DNA from: an uncultured Alphaproteobacteria bacterium | GTDB taxonomy: Bacteria > Pseudomonadota > Alphaproteobacteria > HIMB59 > GCA-002718135 | Length of the DNA: 64,000 bases | Assembly: GCA_902618015.1 (NCBI GenBank) | Contig: CACMYX010000001.1 | Coordinates: 252,028 to 316,027, forward strand | Reading direction: 5' to 3' | Part shown: positions 1 through 7,914 of the stretch, one piece after another | Position numbering within the stretch: the stretch's first letter is position 1 | Layout of the letters: each line of letters begins with the position of its first letter | Notes under the pieces: model-generated | Databases searched by the model: none | What the model saw: only the letters and a program-made list of their open reading frames with translations | What the model was told of the DNA's origin: nothing | Program-made: the position numbers and the translations under genes

Positions 1-1865
1 TTAAAAAGAAAGATCTAAAGCAAATCTCAGAAGAATTGAGAGCTAAAACAATTGAGACTGTTTCAAAAACTGGTGGCCATCTAGGTGCAGGATTAGGTGT
101 TGTTGAATTAACTGTGGCAATCCACTATGTCTTTAACACTCCACATGATAAATTAATCTGGGATGTGGGACACCAAGCGTATCCTCATAAAATCATTACA
201 GGGAGGAAAAAAAATATAGGTACACTTAGAAAGAAAGATGGTGTTTATGGTTTTGTAAGAAGGTCAGAAAGTGAATATGATCCCTTTGGCACAGCCCATA
301 GTTCAACAGCAGTATCAGCAGGGTTAGGAATTAAAGCTGCAAAAGATATTAATAAAGACAACTCAAAAGTTATATGTGTTGTTGGAGACGGTGCCTTAAG
401 CGCAGGTTTAGCATATGAAGGATTAAACAACGCAGGCGCACAAAAAAAAGGTTTAATTGTCATTTTAAACGATAACAAAATGTCAATAGACAAACCAGTT
501 GGTGCTATGAGTACATATCTAACTAGGTTACTATCATCTAAATCTTACTCAAGTTTAAGAAATATAATTAAAAAAATATCTAAAACCTTACCATCAAATC
601 TATCAAAGACTCTTTATAGAACAGAAGAATATTCTAAAGGACTTATCACTGGCGGAACTCTATTTGAGGAATTGGGTTTTTATTATCTTGGCCCAATAGA
701 TGGTCACAATATAGACGATATGGTGTCAGTTCTTGAAAACATTAGAGATAATAAATTTGATAAACCAGTTTTTCTTCATTGTATAACCAAAAAAGGTAAA
801 GGATATAGTCCAGCAGAAAAATCAGAAGATAAATTTCACGGAGTTGAAAAGTTTGATATTAACACTGGGAACTCAGTAAAAAAAACAAATTTAAAATCCT
901 ATTCGAATGTTTTTGGTGAAACATTATCAAAACTTGCCGAAAATGATGAAAAAATTGTAGCAATAACAGCCGCTATGATGTCTGGAACAGGATTAAAATT
1001 ATTCCAAAAAAATTTTGAAAAAAGATTTTTTGATGTTGGTATTGCTGAACAACATGCTGTTACAATGGCAGCTGGATTGGCGACAGAGGGTTTCAAACCT
1101 TTTGTTGCAATTTATTCAACTTTTTTACAAAGAGCTTACGATCAAATAGTGCATGATGTAGCTATTCAAAAATTACCTGTTAGATTTGCAATTGATAGAG
1201 CAGGGTTAGTAGGATCAGATGGCCCTACTCATGCTGGTTCATTTGATATTACTTATTTAGCCACATTACCAAATTTTATAGTTATGGCACCTAGCAACCA
1301 AAGCGAGTTATCTAATATGATAGAGTTATCTTGCGAGATTAATGACACACCGTCTGCTTTTAGATTTCCAAGAGGAACAGGATCAGAGGAACTATTTAAT
1401 AATCAACCAACAGATATCAATATAGGTAAGGGATATATTCTTATTGAAGGTAATGATGTTGCAATCTTAAATTTAGGAACAAGACTTGAAAAATGTATTG
1501 AAGCTAGTAAGTTTCTTAATCAAAATAATATTTATCCTACAGTCGCAGATGCAAGATTTGCAAAACCATTAGACACACAATTAATAGATGACTTATTAAA
1601 TAATCATAAGTATATTTTAACTATAGAAGAAGGTTCTATAGGTGGATTTTCATCTCATGTTTTACATTATGTTCATAATATAAGATCAAAAAAGGATAAC
1701 GTTGTTATAAAAAATTTAATTTTTCCAGATCGTTTTGTTGAACATATGACACCGGATGAGCAATATCAAGATATTAAAATGGATACGGAATCAATAATCA
1801 GAGAAATTAATAATTTTTATGAAAATAAAATTGTTGATATAAAGAATTTTAAGTCAAAAGTTTAA
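1..1865 (+). CDS. dxs: 1-deoxy-D-xylulose-5-phosphate synthase (5'-truncated by window edge)
   Basis: Reading frame stays open upstream of the TTG at 36 (..KKDLKQISEELRAK..), so the N-terminus lies outside the window. Dxs hallmarks are GGHLG, the GDGALSAGLAYEGLNNAG TPP-binding motif, IAEQHAVT and DGPTHAG. Confidence 0.95.
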   Translation, partial: KKKDLKQISEELRAKTIETVSKTGGHLGAGLGVVELTVAIHYVFNTPHDKLIWDVGHQAYPHKIITGRKKNIGTLRKKDGVYGFVRRSESEYDPFGTAHSSTAVSAGLGIKAAKDINKDNSKVICVVGDGALSAGLAYEGLNNAGAQKKGLIVILNDNKMSIDKPVGAMSTYLTRLLSSKSYSSLRNIIKKISKTLPSNLSKTLYRTEEYSKGLITGGTLFEELGFYYLGPIDGHNIDDMVSVLENIRDNKFDKPVFLHCITKKGKGYSPAEKSEDKFHGVEKFDINTGNSVKKTNLKSYSNVFGETLSKLAENDEKIVAITAAMMSGTGLKLFQKNFEKRFFDVGIAEQHAVTMAAGLATEGFKPFVAIYSTFLQRAYDQIVHDVAIQKLPVRFAIDRAGLVGSDGPTHAGSFDITYLATLPNFIVMAPSNQSELSNMIELSCEINDTPSAFRFPRGTGSEELFNNQPTDINIGKGYILIEGNDVAILNLGTRLEKCIEASKFLNQNNIYPTVADARFAKPLDTQLIDDLLNNHKYILTIEEGSIGGFSSHVLHYVHNIRSKKDNVVIKNLIFPDRFVEHMTPDEQYQDIKMDTESIIREINNFYENKIVDIKNFKSKV

Positions 1866-1896
1866 TTGTTAAAAAAAGTTTAATTGAGATTTAAAA

Positions 1897-2682
1897 ATGA
1901 AGAAAATTAAAATTTTACACAAAAGTTTTTCTAAGCCTATAAGCTGTTTGACTGCATACTCTCCATCAATTGCAAATATTTTAGATGGAAAGGTTGATTT
2001 AATACTAGTTGGAGACTCTATTGGTTCAACACTCTATGGGATGAAGAATACTCAAGGAGTTACTATGGATATGATGAAAAATCATGGAGCAGCTGTAAAT
2101 AAAGCAATTAAGAAAAGTTTAAAAGTATTAGATATGCCTTATAAAACATATGATAATAAAATTGATGCATATAAAAATGCTAAAGTATTTTTAAATCACT
2201 GTAAGCCTGATTTATTAAAGATAGAAATTAGTAAAAAAAAATTAGTCGTTTTAAAACACTTAGTTGATAAAAAAGTAAATGTTATTTCTCATATAGGAGT
2301 AACACCTCAAAGTTATAAGAATTTTAATAAAATTAAAGTTTTAGGAAAAACTAATATAGAAAAACAAAATTTATTAAAGTTAGCAAAAGAATCTGAAGCA
2401 CTTGGAGCTAAAGCAGTATTGTTAGAGTGTGTTACAACCGATACAGCTAAACTAATTACAGAAAATATTTCGATTCCTACAATAGGTATAGGTGCTTCAA
2501 AATATTGTGATGGTCAAGTTTTGGTATTTGATGATTTAATAAATCTAACTACAAATGAAAAAAAACCAAAATTTGTAAAAAATTATTTTGATTTTAATAA
2601 AATTGCCCGCAATGTAGTTAGGAAATATAATCGAGAAGTTAAGCTTAAAAAATTTCCTAGTACTAAATTTACTTACAATTAA
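1897..2682 (+). CDS. panB: 3-methyl-2-oxobutanoate hydroxymethyltransferase
   Basis: 261 aa. LTAYS..DLILVGDSIG and IGIGAS..CDGQVLV patterns are typical of ketopantoate hydroxymethyltransferase. Confidence 0.88.
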   Translation: MKKIKILHKSFSKPISCLTAYSPSIANILDGKVDLILVGDSIGSTLYGMKNTQGVTMDMMKNHGAAVNKAIKKSLKVLDMPYKTYDNKIDAYKNAKVFLNHCKPDLLKIEISKKKLVVLKHLVDKKVNVISHIGVTPQSYKNFNKIKVLGKTNIEKQNLLKLAKESEALGAKAVLLECVTTDTAKLITENISIPTIGIGASKYCDGQVLVFDDLINLTTNEKKPKFVKNYFDFNKIARNVVRKYNREVKLKKFPSTKFTYN

Positions 2683-3311
2683 TCTAAATCTATAAAACTG
2701 TTATTATTATCTAAAAACTTTATTAAACCAGAATTAATTTGATACCACAAACCAACTACGTTAAGTTTATTTTCATTAATTAATTTATCTATAAAATCAT
2801 ATCCATGTAAATTTTTAATTGATTGTTTTATATTTTCCTGCTCAAAAAAAATTATTTTTTCAGTTTCTGGAAGATTATTAGGGATATTATTGTATGAATT
2901 TTTTAAACAACTTGTCCATTGATTTATGTATTCAAAATCATTTATATTTTTTTTATCTAAAAATGTTTTGTAAGAATACTCAACTCCACCACAATTTGAG
3001 TGGCCTAAAATAATTAAGTTTTGAATTTTTAGAACTTTTAATGCGTATTCTATAGCAGATAATGTTTGTATATTTTGATCCTTATCATCTTTGGAAGGTA
3101 CTATATTAGCGATATTTCTATGTATAAAATAATCTCCAACACTTCCACCAAATATCGTATTTTCAAGAATTCTAGAATCACAACAAGTAATAATCATTGC
3201 TATTGGTTTTTGTGCAGTTTTGGAAGCTTGTTCGTATATATCTTTGTAATCTTCAAAAGTATTCTTTTTCCAGAATTGATATCTTTCAATTAAAAATTTT
3301 GGTATTTCCAT
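2679..3311 (-). CDS. beta-class carbonic anhydrase
   Basis: Zinc-ligand motifs CCDSR and GHSNCGG. 210 aa. The 3' end overlaps the panB stop by 4 nt (convergent). Confidence 0.85.
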   Translation of the reverse strand: MEIPKFLIERYQFWKKNTFEDYKDIYEQASKTAQKPIAMIITCCDSRILENTIFGGSVGDYFIHRNIANIVPSKDDKDQNIQTLSAIEYALKVLKIQNLIILGHSNCGGVEYSYKTFLDKKNINDFEYINQWTSCLKNSYNNIPNNLPETEKIIFFEQENIKQSIKNLHGYDFIDKLINENKLNVVGLWYQINSGLIKFLDNNNSFIDLD

Positions 3312-3351
3312 AATATTATTATTTTTAAAATTATTTATATATCAAAATTAA

Positions 3352-4326
3352 ATGAAAAAGGAAATTAGTAGAAAGTTCTGTGTAGCTCCCATGATGGGAT
3401 ATACCACACCATACGCAAGGAAACTTTATAGAATTTTATCAAAGAACAGTTTTTTATTTAGTGAAATGATAGCAACAAAATCACTTATTAATTCAAAGAG
3501 TAGAGAGAATATTATTGATAATGACTTTAATAACCCTGTTGCTCTTCAGGTAGGTGGCTCTGAAATAGAGGATCTAACCAAGGCTTCAAAAATAGCAATA
3601 GATTATAATTATGATGAAATTAATTTAAATGTTGGTTGTCCAAGTAAAGCAGTACAAAAAGGAAGTTTTGGTGCATGTCTTATGAGAGATAAAATTCTAG
3701 TTAGGAATTGTATGGAAGCTTTACAGAATGATAAGATTGAGGCCACGTTAAAATGTAGATTGGGACTAGGTAAAGAATTAAATTATGAATTCTTTGAAGA
3801 GTTTATTGATGAAATATCAAAAACTGGAATTAAATTTATTTATGTGCATGCAAGAAATGCGATCCTCAGTGGTATTAGTCCACAAGGTAATAGAACAATC
3901 CCTCCTCTAAATTATGATTTTGTAAAAAAAATCAAAAATAAATATCCCAATATAACTTTTATCCTCAATGGAGGCATAAACGATCTTAATCAAGCAGAGA
4001 GTCTATTAAAAGAATTTGATGGAGTAATGGTTGGAAGATTAATTAAGAATAATCCTTTTATATTAAAAAGGGTTGATGAAAAAATTTTTAAAGGAAAAAA
4101 TAAGTTAATTGATGAATCTATTATTTATAATTACTTTGAGTATATAAAACCAAAATTAGATTTTGAATCAATTTTTAGATTGTTAAGTCCTCTACTAAAT
4201 ATATTTTTTTCTGTTCCTCATAGTAAAATTTACAAATCCAAAATTAATGATTACATGAAAAATCAAAAAATTAATTTAATTGAAGACTTGCTAATTAAAT
4301 TTATTAATGAAAAAAATTTAACTTAG
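3352..4326 (+). CDS. dusA: tRNA-dihydrouridine synthase A
   Basis: CVAPMMGYT N-terminus, NLNVGCPS and HARNA motifs of the Dus family. The 324 aa length is DusA-like. Confidence 0.85.
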   Translation: MKKEISRKFCVAPMMGYTTPYARKLYRILSKNSFLFSEMIATKSLINSKSRENIIDNDFNNPVALQVGGSEIEDLTKASKIAIDYNYDEINLNVGCPSKAVQKGSFGACLMRDKILVRNCMEALQNDKIEATLKCRLGLGKELNYEFFEEFIDEISKTGIKFIYVHARNAILSGISPQGNRTIPPLNYDFVKKIKNKYPNITFILNGGINDLNQAESLLKEFDGVMVGRLIKNNPFILKRVDEKIFKGKNKLIDESIIYNYFEYIKPKLDFESIFRLLSPLLNIFFSVPHSKIYKSKINDYMKNQKINLIEDLLIKFINEKNLT

Positions 4327-4328
4327 TT

Positions 4329-4859
4329 TTAAAAAGGAATATGATAAGAAAAACTTAATATTTCAACACCAGGATTTTTATCACCTAGATTCGCATTTGA
4401 AATATGGCTAAATGAAACACCAACTCTGTTATTATTTTTTAGTTCATAGCTTATTTCAAAGGAAGTTCTAAATTGTAAATCATTTCCCAGTTTTTTTCCT
4501 GAACCATCATCGTAAATACCAGCGCCAAAACTAGGTGTAAAAAAGTATTTGCTTTTATTTCCTTCAAATAATTCACCTAGATTATCTTCAAAATAAATTC
4601 CTGTTAAGAAATACGAAGCAGAGTCATTTGTAAACTCGAATCCAAAAAAAGGTTTCAAGAAGAAAAAATCATCTTCTGCTGGACCAATATCAAATAATGA
4701 TTCATTACTTCTATATTCATATCTGAAATCAACAGCTTGGTTTTTTTCAGAGCCATCAAATTTAATATCATAAATGCCTAGTCCAAAAATATTTGTACCT
4801 TTCGCATTTAATGAATATGAGAACAAAATAAATGTAGAGATAATTAAAATTCTAAACAC
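4329..4859 (-). CDS. PagL-like lipid A 3-O-deacylase / acyloxyacyl hydrolase family outer-membrane protein
   Basis: Signal peptide, beta-barrel-like alternating pattern, C-terminal SHISNANLG..NPGVE (His-x-Ser-Asn catalytic motif) and terminal F. Confidence 0.6.
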   Translation of the reverse strand: MFRILIISTFILFSYSLNAKGTNIFGLGIYDIKFDGSEKNQAVDFRYEYRSNESLFDIGPAEDDFFFLKPFFGFEFTNDSASYFLTGIYFEDNLGELFEGNKSKYFFTPSFGAGIYDDGSGKKLGNDLQFRTSFEISYELKNNNRVGVSFSHISNANLGDKNPGVEILSFSYHIPF

Positions 4860-4890
4860 TTAATTATCTTATAATTATTTAATTAAGCTA

Positions 4891-5757
4891 TCAAATAAAA
4901 AATTCTTTGTTTTGCTGAGAAATATCTAATAATGATTTTTTTAGTTTTTCTAATGCTTTGGTTTCAATTTGTCTAACTCTCTCTTTACTAATCTTAAGCT
5001 TACTTCCAAGCTCATCCAAAGTTATACTTTTCTCCCTAAATTTTCTTAGACGAATAATTGTCTTTTCTCTATCGTTTAAGGTGCCAATTGCTTGGTTGAT
5101 ATAGTCTTTCTTTATACTTTTATCGTTAAACTCTTCAAATGATTCTTCAGGGTTTTGACGTTCATCTGCTAATAAACTCATGAGATCATTTTCAGTATCA
5201 TTATCTACTTTTTGATTTAGATGCAAATCTCCACCTGTAAGTCTAGATTCCATATTTTGTACTTCTATGGACTTAACATTAAGCATATTGGAAACTTTAT
5301 TTAATTCATCTTGGCCCATAAACTCTCTTGAAACATCATTGATTTGTTGTTTAATTTTTTTTAAATTAAAAAATAAAGCTTTTTGTGATGCTGTAGATCC
5401 TGTTCTTACCACAGACCAATTTTTCAGAATATAATCCTGTATAGAAGCCCTTATCCACCAAGATGCATAAGTTGAAAGTCTAAAATCTCTAGAAGTATCA
5501 AATTTTTCCAAAGCATGCATTATGCCCAAAACACCTTCGTGAATTAAATCGTCAATAGGTAAACCATAGCTAGAATACTTTCTTGCATATGAGACTGCTA
5601 ATCTCAGATAAGAGTTTAGAATTTTTTGAAGCGATCTTGGAGTTTTATTATTTCTCCAATCATTGATTAGCTCAAATTCCTCATCTTTTTCAAGAATCGC
5701 TGCTTTTTTAGATAATTCTATGAGATTATTTGAAAAGAAAAAATTTTTAGAAACCAT
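4891..5757 (-). CDS. rpoH: RNA polymerase sigma-32 (heat-shock sigma factor)
   Basis: Sigma-70 regions 2-4 are present. The RpoH box is QKALFFNLKK. 288 aa. Confidence 0.9.
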   Translation of the reverse strand: MVSKNFFFSNNLIELSKKAAILEKDEEFELINDWRNNKTPRSLQKILNSYLRLAVSYARKYSSYGLPIDDLIHEGVLGIMHALEKFDTSRDFRLSTYASWWIRASIQDYILKNWSVVRTGSTASQKALFFNLKKIKQQINDVSREFMGQDELNKVSNMLNVKSIEVQNMESRLTGGDLHLNQKVDNDTENDLMSLLADERQNPEESFEEFNDKSIKKDYINQAIGTLNDREKTIIRLRKFREKSITLDELGSKLKISKERVRQIETKALEKLKKSLLDISQQNKEFFI

Positions 5758-5788
5758 ATATTAATATACGCTTAATAACTAAATTGGA

Positions 5789-6601
5789 TCATTTATTTTC
5801 AAATAAATCTAAAATATCCCCGTTTTCTGCAAAAATACCGCAAATTACACTTTTATTTGAAAGAGGTTGTTTGAATAAAGTACAAATAATATTATTACTT
5901 GATATTTCCGACTGATTTAAATGTTCAGATTCATATCCTCTTACAATTCTTAAAAAAGTTTTATACGGTTTTTGTGTTGTTGAAAAATTTTGAAAGCCCC
6001 ACCAAAAACAATCGTTTTGTGCTGATAATGGTCTAGTTGTATCAACTCCTCTATTAACAAATAAGATTTTTTTTGTATGTGAGTATGCGGCATGTTTTAA
6101 GTTCAAAAAATATTCTATATGACCAGGGTTTTTTTGTATAATCTGATTTAAATTTGATGTCCATTTTGATATATTTATTGTACCAGTTGAAGCAATATTT
6201 TTAAGTTCATCATCTGACAAACCATAGGATTTTATCGTTTGATCTACTCCATGATCAAACATCCATTCTATAATTTCACTTGGATTGGGTGCAAGTTGAA
6301 GTTGTAATAATTTATTAAACATCTCCTCTTGAGCGCCTCTTAAAAATACTATCGATTCAGGTTTAATTTGAAATTTTGACATCAGTTTGAATCTCAGATC
6401 AATCACACTACTCAAGGTTTCTTTTGAGTTGTTTCCAAGTCCAATAACATTACCAAGGAAGATTAGTTTATCAGTTTTCTCAAAATTATTTAAAATAAAT
6501 TTTTTTATTGAATTAAAGGATTTTAGATTTGAATGAATTGAACCAATAGCCCATATTTTTTTTGTTTTTTTTATTTCTACAAAATTACTGGTATTGTCCA
6601 A
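5789..6601 (-). CDS. calcineurin-like (PPP/ApaH-type) phosphoesterase-fold protein with degenerate metal-binding motifs
   Basis: Motif spacing matches PPP phosphatases, but the residues differ: GDxHG is GSIHS, GDxxDRG is GNVIGLG, and GNHE is GAQE. Confidence 0.55.
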   Translation of the reverse strand: MDNTSNFVEIKKTKKIWAIGSIHSNLKSFNSIKKFILNNFEKTDKLIFLGNVIGLGNNSKETLSSVIDLRFKLMSKFQIKPESIVFLRGAQEEMFNKLLQLQLAPNPSEIIEWMFDHGVDQTIKSYGLSDDELKNIASTGTINISKWTSNLNQIIQKNPGHIEYFLNLKHAAYSHTKKILFVNRGVDTTRPLSAQNDCFWWGFQNFSTTQKPYKTFLRIVRGYESEHLNQSEISSNNIICTLFKQPLSNKSVICGIFAENGDILDLFENK

Positions 6602-6605
6602 AATA

Positions 6606-7109
6606 TTATTTTTTACTCAATATTTGTTCTATTTTTTCAGTTGATTGAAAATAATCAGTTTTTTCAACTGCTGCAACTTCTCTAGCTAAACGTTCAATAG
6701 CAACTTGAAACATTTGCCTTTCACTATACGATTGTTCTGCTTGACTACTTTTTCTATACAAGTCTCTCACAACTTCTGCAATTTTTATAGGATCGCCTGA
6801 AAAAATTTTAGTTTCGTATTCTTGAGCTCTTCTACTCCACATAATTCTTCTTATTTTTGGTTTTAATTTCAAAGTAGAAAAAACTTCTTCTATTATCTTT
6901 TTTGAAGAAATTTTTCTTAAGCCTACCTCTTCTCTTTTATCAAGAGGAACTCTTATTGTTAACTTAGATTGTTCCATTTTAACAACATAAAAATTAGTTT
7001 TAATATTAGAAATTTCCATATTTTCTATTTTAATAATTTCTCCTACTCCATGTTTAGGATAAACCACTATTTCACCTATTTTAAATTCAACATTTTTTTT
7101 TGTTTTCAT
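6606..7109 (-). CDS. CarD/CdnL family RNA-polymerase-binding transcription regulator
   Basis: N-terminal FKIGEIVVYPKHGVGEI Tudor-like RNAP-interaction domain. 167 aa. Confidence 0.9.
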   Translation of the reverse strand: MKTKKNVEFKIGEIVVYPKHGVGEIIKIENMEISNIKTNFYVVKMEQSKLTIRVPLDKREEVGLRKISSKKIIEEVFSTLKLKPKIRRIMWSRRAQEYETKIFSGDPIKIAEVVRDLYRKSSQAEQSYSERQMFQVAIERLAREVAAVEKTDYFQSTEKIEQILSKK

Positions 7110-7442
7110 CTATTTTCCTGGTTTATCACTAAAATGATTAATAAATTTGTCATCTACATTTTGCCATTTATCAGCATCAGATGGAGGGGTTTTTTTCTCA
7201 CTGATATTAGGCCAAATTTCGGAGTATTTTCTATTAATTTCAGCCCATTTTTCTATACCATCTTCCGTATCAGGTAAAATTGCTTCAACAGGACATTCGG
7301 GTTCACAAACTCCACAGTCAATACATTCATCAGGGTGTATGACTAACATATTTTCACCTTCATAAAAACAATCAACAGGGCAAACCTCAACACAATCCAT
7401 ATGTTTACATTTTATACATTTTTCATCAACTACGTATGTCAT
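7110..7442 (-). CDS. fdxA: 7Fe ferredoxin (3Fe-4S + 4Fe-4S)
   Basis: CxxCxxxxCxxxCP and CxxCxxCxxxCP cysteine clusters ([37 protein letters not shown]). Abuts the CarD-family gene with no spacer. Confidence 0.9.
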   Translation of the reverse strand: MTYVVDEKCIKCKHMDCVEVCPVDCFYEGENMLVIHPDECIDCGVCEPECPVEAILPDTEDGIEKWAEINRKYSEIWPNISEKKTPPSDADKWQNVDDKFINHFSDKPGK

Positions 7443-7443
7443 A

Positions 7444-7893
7444 TTATTTAGAATTTTTATCTAGAGCTCTTTTTCTTGCATTTCCAGAGTTCACATCAGA
7501 AATATATAGTAATCCAGCTAGTCTCCTTATAAAATTTGACTCGTAATCGTGAACGTCTCCATCAGATAAAACAATTTCCCAAAGTGCTTCTATAAGCAAA
7601 AGTTTTTTTGCATCTGAAAAATTTTTATTAATAAATGAAGTGTAATGATAAAGAGAATTTGAGTTATTTTTATTTTTCAATGCCTGGGTCAAAACTAATT
7701 CAACTTCATTGGGATCCTCAGCAAAAGTATTGAGCAAGCTTGATTTAATTTTATTTGTTTCAATTTCATCTATTTGTCCGTCAGTGTAGGCAGCCTCAAT
7801 CATTAATCCACAAAGTAATTCGAGATTCTTGTTTTCTTCTATGTCTTTAGTAGAATTTTGATTATTTAAAATATTTTTTAATAAATTTATCAA
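7444..7893 (-). CDS. TerB-like / DjlA N-terminal-domain family protein
   Basis: 149 aa acidic helical protein with paired D..E metal-site-like repeats ([12 protein letters not shown] ; [11 protein letters not shown]), typical of the TerB fold. Confidence 0.5.
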   Translation of the reverse strand: MINLLKNILNNQNSTKDIEENKNLELLCGLMIEAAYTDGQIDEIETNKIKSSLLNTFAEDPNEVELVLTQALKNKNNSNSLYHYTSFINKNFSDAKKLLLIEALWEIVLSDGDVHDYESNFIRRLAGLLYISDVNSGNARKRALDKNSK

Positions 7894-7914
7894 TTTTTAC
7901 CTATGTATTTACTA

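Noticed and set aside
36-38. TTG at 36 as the dxs start codon (ORF-track start)
   Set aside because: The frame is open to the window edge. The upstream residues (..DLKQISEEL..) match the region that normally precedes GGHLG in Dxs, and about 30 N-terminal residues are missing. The gene is simply truncated by the window.
6969-7365. Plus-strand ORFs 6969-7277 and 7147-7365
   Set aside because: They are antisense shadows of the CarD-family and fdxA genes. They have low-complexity F/I/S-rich translations, no RBS and no recognisable family.
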